DNA of 64,000 bases from the human T2T-CHM13v2.0 reference genome, Homo sapiens: assembly GCF_009914755.1 (NCBI RefSeq), contig NC_060941.1. One strand, given 5' to 3'. A program made the position numbers and the translations under genes. Under the pieces are notes generated by a model, which did no database searches, was not told the origin of the DNA, and saw nothing but the letters and a program-made list of their open reading frames with translations. The stretch's first letter is position 1. Each line of letters opens with the position of its first letter. This document shows positions 15,963-31,469 of the stretch, piece by piece.

Positions 15963-17371
15963 GAGTACCAATGTCCGTTTCCTTGGTTTTGATATTGAAT
16001 GACACTTAGATAAATGTAACTATTGCGTGAAATTGGATGAAGGCTACACCAGACCTCTCTGTCCTATTTTTGCAAGGCCTGTGAATCTATAATTATTTTA
16101 AAAATAAAAAAGCTTTTACAAAAGTATATTTTGTACTGCAAATCTGAGTTTTCTCTCCAAATAAATACTAAAAATTAAAAAAATAAGAAGTTGTAGTTGA
16201 ACTTAGGCAACAGCTCTCGAGGTTTGCGTGGGAACAGGCAGAGAGAAGGTTGGAGAGACGGCCTGGAGGGTAATGGTCACACTGAACGCCTGTGAGGAGA
16301 GAACGTTCCAGGATCACGACTTAGGCGGGGGTTCCTGGCCCTGTTTCCACCCCCACAAGAGCCCTGAAGGAAGCCGATGACATTCTCCTACAAGGTGCCC
16401 TTCCCCCAGGGCAGAGCTCCGGTCCAGCAGCTGTGGCTCCAAGCCTGCAGCACAAAGCCGACTTCACATGGAGGATTTGAAGCGGAGACACCAGAGCTTC
16501 GGAACTGGCAGGGCCTGTTCCCTCCCACTCAGGGGAGCATCTTGGATTGTGAGTGACATGCAGGAGAGTCCTTTCAGGAGTTAATCTTTCCCAAGCTTCG
16601 GGGCTTAAATTACGGGGGCCTGCCCATCCCACACTGCCCCCAACCTTCCCGTGGCCATCTGAGCATGGTACAGTGCCCTTCATTGGCAGTCCCTGAGAAT
16701 ACGCCTGGCAGTCCCCATGGTGACCCAGGACAGGGCTGGGCAGGTACTCTCGCTGGGTAAGACCAAGGTTATCAGTGGCAGGAGAGAAGGTCAGGGTTAG
16801 GCTACCAGGAGGGATAGAACTTTCCTATGTGGAACACAAATGGGTCTTCGGAGGTTGGATACTTTAGGAGAGAAACAACAGCCTGGAGTGGAAGCCTCCC
16901 CCTCCAACCTGTTTGCCCCTCCCCCAGATCCAATGGCCCAGCTTGGAGCTGGTAAACCCTGAGACAATCCCAGCAAAAGCTGGGCACCTGGGACCGCCAA
17001 TGATACTCAGTTAATGCCTGAGGCTGCAGCATTTGCCAAACACCAAAAGGAGCCCAGGGCCTATGGCTGCATTATTCTGCAATGAAGATGTCTCCTGAGC
17101 GTCAAGGTTTGGGAAAAGCACAGATATCCCACAAGGAAGGATCCTAAGAGAGAAGGCACCAAGACATGGGAGGAGAGTCAGAAATCCAGGAAGGGTCTTG
17201 GGGCATCCTCTGAGGTCCTAGGCATCAAGAACGTGTCCTCTGCACCCTGCAGAGGCCCAGATGACACAGCACCCAACGCCCCAACATCTACACAGCCCTG
17301 TTGAGCTTTGCAAACTTGCAGTTAAAAAAACAACAAAAACAAAACAAACAAACAAACCAAAAAAAAAAAAA

Positions 17372-17756
<385 letters not shown>

Positions 17757-18888
17757 TCATACTGGTGGAGGGTGTCAGGACCAGGCCCTCCATTAAGGTC
17801 TGCACTGTTTCATTTTATCCACATGCTGGCCTCATGAGGGAGGTCGTGTTATTTCTCCTGTTTATTAGGTGAGGAAAGTGACACTTAGATGTTGAATTAA
17901 GTAACTTGCTCAAGGTCAGGGCAGCCAGTGGGGCTGGGAGTTCAACCATGGCTTCAAAGGCTGGTCTTGAACTCCTGACTTCAAGTGATCCTTCCACCTC
18001 GGCCTCCCAAAGTGCTGGGATTACAGGCGTGAGCCCCACTGTCCTCGCCGCCACCCTGTGTGGCAGACAAGACCAGCACCCTCCTCCAGCAGTGCACTTG
18101 CCTCACCAATGTCAGCCAGACTGGGGAGACTGGTCTGCCCCTTCCCCCACACTTGGAACTGGACCCTCCCCAGAGGGTAGCTGGAGGGCACCTGTGGGAT
18201 GAAAAAATCAAGACGCATCCCACGTAGGTCAGTCGGAGGCTTGAGTAATAAACTACTCGGGCCCTGTTCCTCAGCCCACTGCAGTCCACCAGGCAGGTGT
18301 CACGACATGAAGCGGGAGCCAAGCCTTTCCTCCCCAGCTTCGAGGGGGCTTGCAGGCCTGAACCTGGTTCCCTAGACAACTGCAGGGTCATCGTCAGCAA
18401 ATATTGATGGAAGAATATTGCCAAGAGCTCAAGTCTGTGCCAGGAGCTGAAGAGTCAAAGAGGCAAAGATGAAGCCACTGGGCTTACGGGGACAAGACAG
18501 CATTCACAAGCAGAATGCAGCACTGAGGCTATCTGGGTATCTCAAGCGTGCTGGGTTTCCGGTGGAGCGCTCCAGTAGAGAAGCCCAGGAAGGCTTCTCA
18601 GAGGAGGCGTCCTTGGCCTCCTGCATTCATTTGGCACACATGATAGCTATGGTGTGGGTGTAACACTTTGGTGGGTATCAGATTCACCTGTGGAACTTGG
18701 TAAAAACACAGTGGCCCGAGTCCTCTTCTCCAGCAAGCCTGGGCCTCCAGATCATTCTGCTACACACCGAAGTTTGAGAACCACTAGGTTACCTCTGTGC
18801 AATAAATGCCTTGCAGCCAAGCAGTCCCAAAGCCTCAGTACCTGCTCCTCATCCTCAGCTGCCTCTAGGCTCCTGGTACTCAGTACAG

Positions 18889-19130
18889 CTTTTTTCTTTT
18901 TGATTTTTTTTTTTTTTTTTTTTTGAGACAGAGTCTTGATCTGTCTCAGCCTCCTGAGTAGCTGGGATTACAGGTGCGTGCCACCATGCCCGGCTAATTT
19001 TTGTACTTTTAGTAGAGATCAGGTTTCACCACGTTGGTCATGCTGGTCTCAAACTCCTGACCTCAGGCGATCCACCTGCCTCGGCCTCCCAAAGTGCTGG
19101 GATTACAGGTGTGAGCCACCGCGCGCAGCC
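18889..19130 (-). mobile_element. AluS with an internal deletion
   Basis: TSD CTCAGTACAGCTTTTTT on both sides. Confidence 0.85.
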
Positions 19131-20315
19131 TCAGTACAGCTTTTTTAAAAATCCAAACATAGCTCATTCTGCCCCTGTGACCCAGCATTATGACACAGTC
19201 CATGTCACCAGCACAGCCCAATGTCTCCCTTGCCTCTCTGTGGATTACAAACTTGGCGGGCAGCTGACCCAGACTCCAGAGCCTGGCCCGTGTCTTAGAG
19301 TCTGGCCGGGACTAATGCTCAGGGCTCCGTGGGAAAGGAATTGTCTTGAAATTGACCCTGAGGATCAGAAGCCTGTCAGTTCCTCTTGTCTTCAGCACTT
19401 TGATGTGTGTGCTGGTGAGAGGGGCAGGGGAGGGGAAGAAGCAGGGGATAGTGCTAGGTGAGAAATGCTTCATCCACTCAGCTGAGTGGATAGTGATGAT
19501 ATATGTGTGTGTAGACAGTTATATAAAGTTATATAACTTTATAAAAACTTAATAATTGAGTTAATTGGTCACAACGACCAGTCCTTCCAGAAAAGAACTG
19601 TTTCTGGTCCCAGCTTTCCTATTTATTCATAAGGTGTGGCCATTCATTTATTTAGGGGAACCATCACCTGGGTGACCAGGCGACGGTCCCCCTGGAAAGG
19701 AGGAGGGAGCAAGTTCAGCAGAGGAACTGGGGAGGCCTGGAGACCAGTCAAGAGAGAAAGACAAGCTGGTCGAAACTTTTGCCTTCCTGGGCGTGCCCGA
19801 AGGTAAGAAGGCCAAGGTCGAACTGGGAAGGGGTGGAAGAAGGGAGGGCAAGGGTCAGGTGAGGTGGGTACTTCCTGGAGCTGACCCCGGGGAGCAGGGG
19901 GCTTCTCAGGAAGGCTAGGCCATGGCCAGGCATCAGAGGAGCATCATCCGGAGTAAGGACGCTGCCCCTTGTGGACACTGGGCCCCTCCTCCCCCTCCCT
20001 TTCTGTCTGTGGGTCACATTTTAAACCCTGACTGCAAAATCTGGAGGCCCCACTGGTTGTAACTGTGGGCCAAGACAGCGGCATACTCATCCTACAACTC
20101 TCTACCCATGGGGTGCAAAGACCCGCTCAAGGGCTTGGAGAAGTCCTCAGACACGCTGTAGTGCATACTGCACCAGTGGACCGGCATACCATCAGCTGCA
20201 GCGGCCTGCCCCCGTGGGCACATGCACAGCTGGACACACCCGCATGCTCGAACAGAAGAATGAGGCTGCCACACGGTCCCAGCAGCTGCCTGCATCCTCC
20301 TTCTCCCAGGCTCAC

Positions 20316-20482
20316 CTCCACAAAGAAAAGCAGCCAGATCTTGCTCCAGCGTTTGGACTCGGTGAGGGCCCCATGAGTGGCCAGGTGGCTGCCCTTGACA
20401 GTGAGTGTGTAGTGGCACACACCCAAGATGGTGATGCCGGATGCAAAGACCAGGGCATTCTCCCAGCGCAGGCACAGGAAGC
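20316..20482 (-). CDS. FADS6: FADS6 coding exon 2 (first His box HLATH)
   Basis: CCACGCAG|GC TTC CTG ... GTG GAG|GTGAGC; 167 nt; FLCLRWENALVFASGITILGVCHYTLTVKGSHLATHG...FFVE. Confidence 0.95.
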
Positions 20483-20662
20483 CTGCGTGGAGAGGAGGAA
20501 GAAGACGGGTCTTTCTCTAGCTCTGGGTGATCTGGGCCCAAATACCTCAACCCTTACCCTGGGAGCCCAGGCTAAAGTGGGCTAGGCTCTGGGGGCTGCC
20601 ACTGGCCGGAGTGAGGCAGGTCCCACTGTGGCCTGAGGGGAACCAGGACTGCCCCTCCAGCG

Positions 20663-20710
20663 GTCCTGACTCTCCCGTGCCTGGTCCTGACTCTCCCGTG
20701 CGTGGTCCTG
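20663..20710. repeat. 21-bp tandem duplication
   Basis: GGTCCTGACTCTCCCGTGC(C/G)T twice plus a partial third unit. Confidence 0.85.
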
Positions 20711-21144
20711 GGCCCCCAGCCAAAGCAATGTTGGGGCCTCAGGTACCATGGGTGTTCCAGACCAGGAAGGGTCCAGGGGAAACTCCCACCCCCTCCCCAC
20801 TCACCTAGGTCCCCAAAGAACACCGTCTCCCTTCCCGGGGGTGGGGGGGCACCTCATCACTCCCGGCCACTCCCCCGCTCCTCTCAACTTTCCCTTCCAC
20901 CACCCTCCTGCGCCCCCTCCTAGGGTACACAGGGCAGAACACCCCAGTCCAGACTCTCAGGTTCGGGGTGTGACCCTCCATCCTTGGGTGCGGGGCCCCG
21001 ACCACCTCCGCCTCCCTGCCGCCGCCAGTCCACTCCGCAGGCTGCACTCCCACGGCTGCTGTTGCAGACCCCGCGCCGCCACCTCCGCCGCACCCCGCCC
21101 CCACCCGCAGCCCGGCCGGGACGCCGGGTCCCCGCGTTCCTCAC

Positions 21145-21388
21145 CTGCCGGCAAGGCGAAGAGGCTGAGCGCGAGGATGGCGCAGTCCACGCCGTGGCGC
21201 TCCCACCAGGAGCTCGTCCTCACCACGTCCTGCACCAGCACCTCCAGCTCCCGCAGCAGCGCCTCGCCCCCACGGTGCGCGCTCCGCGCCGGTTCCATGG
21301 GCTCCGTAGGTTCCATGGGCTCCGTAGGTTCCATGGGCTCCGTAGGTTCCATGGGCTCCGTAGGTTCCATCGGCTCCGTGGGTTCCAT
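21145..21388 (-). CDS. FADS6: FADS6 coding exon 1 with (MEPTEP)n N-terminal repeat
   Basis: ATG at 21388; (MEPTEP)5 MEPARSAHRGGEALLRELEVLVQDVVRTSSWWERHGVDCAILALSLFALPA; donor CAG|GTGAGG; 244 nt, phase 1. Confidence 0.95.
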
Positions 21389-21398
21389 GGACTCTGTG
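21291..21398 (-). repeat. 18-bp coding tandem repeat, 6 units
   Basis: GGTTCCATGGGCTCCGTA x4 plus variants GGTTCCATCGGCTCCGTG and GGTTCCATGGACTCTGTG. Confidence 0.95.
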
Positions 21399-23006
21399 GG
21401 CTCGGGCCCGACGCGCACGGAGGACTGGAGGACTGGGGCGTGTGTCTGCGGTGCAGGCGAGGCGGGGCGGGCCGGGGCGGAGTCACGCGCCGCCTGGGGA
21501 CACCCGCCCCCGGGGTCAAGGTGCGAGACACCCTGGCTCCTCTGCTGCGGGCGCTGGCGACCCAGGCCCGGCTCAGGCGCGCGACCCTGGCAGGCGGCAT
21601 CAGAACCGCCGCGGAGGGAGGAGCCAGGCCGATGAGCTGAGAGTGGCTAGGCGGGGAGGCGACCCTGCGGTGAGACCCAGCCCAGGTAGTAGGGACGGAG
21701 GCGTCAGGGGCACGGAGACCCCAGTGGAGACACCCCCCACCCCCGCCCCGCCCCGAGGGCCTTCCCTGACCTCCGACCTCAAATAACTCCCTGAGTTCCC
21801 TCGGTCCCTGAGATCTGTCCGAGCATTCTCTTCCCTCGACCCTGACTATTCGTAGTGGCACTGAGCAGCTCCCCTCGTACGTGACACACATGACACATGC
21901 TGTCGTCTGTCTCTGCCAACAGACGGACCCTCAGTGCCGTAGAGACGTCCTCGTTTTGCCCAAGCTCTGTCTTCAGTACCTAGGGCAATGCTTGGCACAG
22001 AAACATCTGGGAATTCCTAGGGCAGAAAGTTCAAGGACTCCCCACTCCCCCTCCCCGTGGGTCAAGGAGTGAGAGGTCCCCTCTGAGTATGGCTTCAGCA
22101 GAGGTGACCCAGGGGAGCTGGCTCTTCAGCCCAATAATGTTTTGGGTGAGACGGGTAGCTACAGGGAAAACACATCCGGAGGTCATCATTCTGGGTGGGC
22201 AGGCAGACCAGCCGGGTCCCGCTGCCATTCCACTCCCTCAAGAGCGCCCAGGCCTGAACCCAGGGCCAGGGCCTCAGCCAAGCCCTCTGAGATGTGGGAG
22301 CCACACCTGTCACATCCCCTTCCCATCAGCCCAGGCCCCCACCCCGCACTGCTGGAGATGGCCTTGGTCCTCAGGGGATAAGCCTCTGTCCTCTACAAAC
22401 TCCTCTTCCCTGCTTCTGAATACCCTTTCTCTTTTCTTTTTTGTTTTACTTACTCCCAGTTTCATGACTTAAGGGATCTGGTATGGTGAGGACAGTGGCA
22501 TCTTTAGCAGGAGACCCCTAGGAAAGAGAAGTTGGGTGGGTGGGGTAAGGGAGAGACAGTCAGGGATCCTAATGACATTGATTCCTTTTGACTCCTTCCT
22601 GGTGTTTTCCTTCAGGAATTCTTTTTTTTCTCTCTTTGTTTAGAAACAGGGTCTCGCTCTATCACTCAGGCTGGAGTGCAGTGGCACAATCACAGCTCAC
22701 TGCAGCCTCGATTTCCTAGGCTCAAGTGATCCTCCCCCTCAGCCTCCTGAGTAGCTTGGGACTACAGGCACACACGGGGACCACTAAGCCTGGCTAATCA
22801 TGAATTCGTATGAGCTTATTCCTTTAATTCTTTATCAAAGAATAAGATTTATTTACCAGCTCAGTATTCTAAGGGACTGACAATTTAATAAACCAATTCT
22901 CACCAAGTGCACGTGCGCATATACCTGCCCCGCAGGTTATCATTGACTTTCACATACTGATGAGGTTTTGTGGATTCCCCACATCCCTCAAGGATGGCAT
23001 CATCTA

Positions 23007-23318
<312 letters not shown>

Positions 23319-23355
23319 TCATCTTCATTTAATCAACGGAGGCCCCAAGAGATGA

Positions 23356-23737
<382 letters not shown>

Positions 23738-24699
23738 CTTAAGAGATTCTTAAGACAGATAAGGAAGAGTCGCCCTCCTCCCTCCCTTTCCCACTCTACC
23801 GTCAAATCCCTCCCTCTCTAGCATACTACAATTTTCAAGGAGGGGATATGTATAATTTGTAAAAGCATATGTGATATTAATATCCCATATTTTAAGCTTA
23901 TAAGGAGATGTTATCATTTTTATCATATATGCCAGGAACTTCCTGGCACCAAGAAGCTCCTCTCCAGGCCCTGGCTCCCTCCTGGACATCCAAGTGGTAC
24001 TGGACAGAGGTAAATGCTGAGCGCCAGAGGAAAGAACATGTTTCAGAGGAGCTCAGAGGAACAGGGATCCCTGTGGGGTAGGGCTGGCTGGTAGCCTCCC
24101 AAGAGAGAGGCAGACTTGATTTAGAACAGACTTAGCATGGTGGCTCACAACTATAATCCCAACACTCTGGAAGGCTGAGGTTCAAGGATCGCTTGAGCCC
24201 AGGAGTTGGAGGCTGCAGTGAGCGATGATTGCATTCCAGCCTGCACGACAGAGCAAGACCTTGTCTTAAAACAACAATGACAATAACAGCAAACAGACTA
24301 CTTAAACCTCAGAGAGAAGGAAGAGAACCAAGTATTCTGGGTCCTCAAGGCATGGGCCAGGAGTAGAGTTTGAGAGATTGGTGGGAAAGGCAAGGGAAGG
24401 CAGGAAAGAAAGGCTGGGACCACGGGCTGGAGTGCCACAAAGGCAGACTGAGAAGCTGAGGTTTGTCCTCACAGGCATGGGAGCCATAGGAAGTTTCAGG
24501 GCAGTGGAGTGACTTGTGCAATGCTGTGTTCAGGAAGGTTTGTCTGGCACAATGGAGTAGCCACTGGAGTGAGGGGGACCGGAGTGAGGGGGACCAGTTT
24601 AGAGACGTTCCAGTCCCCCAAACATAAAGGTGCTAAGGGTGCAGATAGCAGAGGGAGGGACTGTGGAAATGATGATGGGGGTAACAAAATAAGGAAGAA

Positions 24700-26102
<1,403 letters not shown>

Positions 26103-26638
26103 TGAGTGTGGGTGGGTGGTAGAGCGGCCAACCTACCCCTGCCAGCTGCCCCCAGAGTCTGAGTGACACCCCTCAACTCCTCCCTATCCCTCTCTGTCAT
26201 CTTGCCTTGACCTCTCAGCCACTGGTCCTCCCCATCCCTGCCTCGGGATCCTGCTCACAAAGTGAGGCTGAATTGTCAAGCCTGGGACGAAGCGCTTTGG
26301 ATGGCAGGCCTGCACTCACCGGGGCTCCCTGCTTCCGTGTTTCCCAACAGGCCCTAGAGGCCTAGTAAGCAGGCCTGGGCAGGCTCCTTAACCTCTTTCC
26401 ACAGTGGCAGAAACAGCCAGGGGCTGCCTACTCTCCCAGCCACCCTCCCCTAGACTTGCCTCTGCCCCCACCCAAGCCCTCATCTGTTTGCACAAGACTC
26501 AGCATAAGTGAAGAGCACAGCGGGGTTTTGGAGTCAGGCACACTTAGTAGCTGTGTGACCTTGCACGAGTTACTCAACCTCTCTGAGCCTTGGTAGCTTC
26601 ACAGACACTAAAAAACAGACATTTAAAGAAGTGAGATA

Positions 26639-27003
<365 letters not shown>

Positions 27004-27547
27004 TTAATGTGCACACCCACGCTGGAGACCACTCCAAACTTCTGACAAACATAAGGTCTTTTAGATCTTAGGCTGTAAAAGTAAAGTAGTCTGCAGCCTA
27101 AGGTCTAAATTGCTTAGCTTGGCATTTGAAGGCCTCCAAGTACCAGCTCCATCTCCGGATACCCTCCTGCTTGGGCTGGAGTGAAGCTCACCGATCTCTG
27201 ACTCACGGATAAGTGTTGCCTTTTCTCCCCTCCAAGCCTTTCTTCCCAGGTTAACTGTCTCTACTCCTATCCCCCAACCAAGCCCCACTCTTCCTCTGGG
27301 TTTCTGGCAACTTCACCCGCCACCGCAAAGCTCTTCTAATGTTTTCGTGTATTTCATTCATCCTATGTTATTGAGCACCTACTATGTACCAGGCACTCCA
27401 CCTTTCACCGTTCATCCTTCCCCTCCTCTGACCTCATACCCACTACCAGCTAGCATTAGACGTCACACATTACCTCGCAATGAGCACTCCTGGACACTGT
27501 GATCCAGCCACAGGATTCAAGCTGTTCCCCTGTCTGCATCGTCTGCC

Positions 27548-27915
27548 TGTATCAGTCAGGATAAACACTAGCTGTTGTAACAAACAACCCCAACATCTCA
27601 GTGGCCAAACACAATACAGGTTTATTCTTGCTCCCATCACAGTCCAATTTCAGGTTCCTTGCATCTGTGATGCCTCCTCCAACACAGGGCTGCCCCAGGA
27701 TTGCCAGGGGATTGGAAGGGAGAACATGGGAAGGTAGTTTTAGGTCCAGGTCTGGAGGTGGCACACATCACTTCCATCCACGCTCCACTGGCCAGAATCC
27801 AGGCATATAGCCCCAGCCACAGGCTGGCTTGGAACTGTGGCCTTTCTGTGTACCCAGGACGAAGAAGTTGCATAAAGGACTGTATAGCCAACCTCTCCCC
27901 TGTAGCCAACTGCAC
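27548..27915. mobile_element. MLT1-type (MaLR) LTR fragment
   Basis: TGTATCAGTCAGGATA...GCTGTTGTAACAAACAACCCCAACATCTCAGTGG...GTTTATTCTTGCTC. Confidence 0.6.
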
Positions 27916-30617
27916 TGTGAGCTTCCAAAAGGCAAGGATCCTTCCCACGCCTTCCTGATGTTTCCCTGAATCTCCTCCATAACTTCCAACCGGCCTGCCT
28001 ACCAGTGCATATCACCCACCCATCATGCCCAGCACACTGCCCTGTACCCAGCCGGTGCTCAGTGTTTACCAGCTAATGGATAGACTAGTGTGAGTTGAAA
28101 CAGGTTGGCTGAAGGAGAAGCACATAGGGCTTGGTGGAGAGACAGGTCCTTCCTGTTCTTTGGACGACACGGCTTCCCGGACCTCACGCTGTGCTTGGAA
28201 CATAGTAGGTGCTCAGTAAGCGTTTGCTGACTATATGAATAGACAGATGCATGGAATGATGAGAAAACAGGCTCAAGAGAATGAAGGAGGTGGTAAAAGG
28301 TTTGAAAAAATATTCAATGGTGGAAAAGACTCGAGTCCAAAGCCGAGACAAACAATACCTTCCCAAACTTCACCTGGATGGGGAGGTGGTGCCCTCCACC
28401 CCAGCCCCAACAGACTGGGGGCATCTGGGCCTACTCAGGCCACAACAGTGGGGCAGGGTGTGTCAGATGAGCCAGGGCTTAGCCTTCCTGGGCCCTCTGG
28501 GGTTCCCCATCCTGGGGCAGTGATGATCCCTCCCTTCTGTGATTCGGATCTTTATTTGTTGGGGTTCACTGGGGTTAATTATTGTTGTGGTTGTGTAGGG
28601 TGGTGGGAAGGGCCCCACCCTGGTCCAGGGCCTGGAGGGGAATCCCAAGAGTCAGATGAGTCTGGAGACCTGGAGGGCTGGTACCAGGGCTCAGGGATGG
28701 CACTGGATGGCTTAAGAAGGCGCCTTCTGCCAGCAATTTAACTGTCTCTATGCCCTGAGCCTAGGTGGCTGAGTCTTTAACCCTTCCTTGTACCTCTTCC
28801 ATTCATGCCACCCTCCAAATAGTCAAAGCCTGAGTGAGGCCCAGCTCCATAAAGCAACTGGCATTATTCACAGGGGTGGGGCTGGGCAAGCTGCGGGAGA
28901 AGTGGCCTGGCCTGTGGCTCAGATCCCGGCCAGCTGGGGGTGGGACTGGCACCCTGAGATACCCTGGCTCCAGCAGGGCAGGGCTACATCTGCAGCATCT
29001 CAGCATCAGCCACACCTCTCAGAACCCTACCCTTGGCCTTCTGCGGCTACCCCAAAGCCTGCAACTGGTGTTCCCAGGCAGCTGCTTTCCTGTGGGGACG
29101 ACGCCAGGTTAGTGATGGCCCAGAGAGGCAGGGCAGGGGAGGGACGGGAGGGATGGAGAGAGCCAGCCTCTAGCTGGCAGGGGCTCTGCTGAGGCTCCAA
29201 GGGCTGTTGGCCTCTCCTCACCTTGCAAGAAGGGAAACTGAGGACTGAGCCCCAGGATTACTCTCCGAGCTGCATAGCAAGTTAGGTCCTTGGCAACCCA
29301 GAGCTGGGGCTGTGAGCAGCGCAGACACTGTTCCACTTGGTCTCTCCTCTGCGTCAGATCAGCACCACGGTCCCTTGAGTGAGTGGCTCTGGGGTGTAGA
29401 TTAGCCTAAAGGATGTGTGTTGGGCCTGGTGGGACCAGTGCCAGAGCTGGGAGGGGAGTGAGGGCTGTGATTCCTACAAAGTGCGGAGGCACCCAAAACA
29501 GAGTCTAGAGCAGGACTCTGGATCAGACACACCCAGGTTCTAGTTCTTGCCGTTACTTAGGTGAGTTGTTTAACCTCCCTGAGCCTCGGTTTTCTGAGAG
29601 GGTGATTTGGAGTGAATGAGGGTGATGCTACCCACCTCATTGGATCTCTGGGGAGAGCAATGACATCATTTCTGTACTGTGGATATCATGGGCCACAGCA
29701 GGGCACGTGCTCGTGGTAGATATCGCTACCACAAACACCTTTCCTTGTGTTATCGTAAATATAACATGATTGTGATACTGAGTTGTTTAATTTAAATCTA
29801 GCATATATTGCTACTGATAATGACAATGAAAAATGGTTTTGGTTTCCAGCAGGAAAGGAACCTGAACATGCACACGCTCTATTTCCTCTCCTCTTCGCCC
29901 ATGTCTTCCCTCGAGGGCTGGGGGCCAAGGGAGTGGTGTTCCCTCCTAGCCCCGCTCTGTAATACTGAACAGGCTGTGCAAAGGCTGTGGTGGGCACGGA
30001 AAGGGGGGTTTGGGAGCAACCCAGCCTATCAGTTCTCTCTGACACCAGCTCAGGGCTGCCCAGGCCTGGCTGATGCCCACTGAGCCCTCCCTATCCCCAG
30101 ATTCCCATCCGCCAGGTCCCTGGGCTGCTCCTCCACCCACTGGGCATTGAGTCCTGAGCTAAGTGCTTTACGTTCATGCTCACAACTGCCCTACAATGGG
30201 CGGGGGGGTGGCATTCAATCATCCCCACTCACAGATGGAAACACTGAGGCTTGGAAAGCTGAGCTGGCCTTTCTAGGAAGTAGCAGAGCTATGCACTCAA
30301 ACTGGACACCCCTGCCCAGGAGGAGAGCCCACCCAGGCCCCTCAGCACCCTAGGTGCCCCAAGAGGTAGACTTGCCTCCACCCCATCCCATCAGTTCTTC
30401 TCCCACTACAGCCCACCCTATCCCCCAGGCCTGGGACCCCCAACAAGCCAGTCACCCAGAGAGAGAGTGGGGGACTCTCTCTGTAGAAACCCCCAGTTCA
30501 GGGTGAGGGTGGGGCAAGGGAAGGTGGGGTGTCCAGGAGCTTCAATCTTCCAGTCTAAAGGAACTGGGGCCCTAAAAATAGATACCAGGGCAGAGGAAGA
30601 GTCTAAAAATAGACTCC

Positions 30618-30940
30618 AGCCAGGCGCGGTGGCTCACGCCTGTAATCCCAGCACTTTGGGAGGCCCAGGTGGGCGGATCACCTGAGGTCGGGAGTTGGAG
30701 ACCAGCCTGACCCACACGGAGAAACCCCATCTCTACTAAAAATACAAAAATAGCCAGGCTTGGTGGCACATGCCTATAATCCCAGCTACTTGGGAAGGCT
30801 GAGGCAGGAGAATCGCATGAATCTGAGAGGTGGAGCTTGCGGTGAGCCGAGATCGCACCATTGCACTCCAGCCTGGGCAACAAGAGCAAAACTCCATCTC
30901 AAAAAAAATTAAAAATTAAAAATTAAAAAAAATAAAAATA
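30618..30940 (+). mobile_element. AluS
   Basis: Alu dimer with TSD AAAATAGA(C/A)TCCA. Confidence 0.88.
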
Positions 30941-31124
30941 GAATCCAGCTGAAAGCGATGGAGCCCTCTGTGGGCGCGCACCCACACACACATGCACACA
31001 CACACATGCACGCACACACACACACACACACACACACCTCTCTTCTGAGAAACTTGGAGGCACTGAATCAAAGACAAATGAGCAAAATCACAGACACACA
31101 CTCAGCTCACAAATAAACACCACC

Positions 31125-31469
<345 letters not shown>

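Larger units (their letters stand above)
20950..21900. promoter_or_regulatory. FADS6 CpG island / promoter
   Basis: CpG-rich, with GC boxes GGCGGGGCGGG and GGGGCGGAG at ~21460-21482. Confidence 0.8.

Noticed and set aside
20748-21891. Long ORFs (295, 218 and 223 aa) overlapping FADS6 exon 1 in other frames or strand
   Set aside because: By-products of the 18-bp repeat and GC richness; only the MEPTEP frame splices into the desaturase ORF.
29359-29374. REST/RE1-like TCAGCACCACGG
   Set aside because: Only the left half matches; the required GGACAG right half is absent (GGTCCC).
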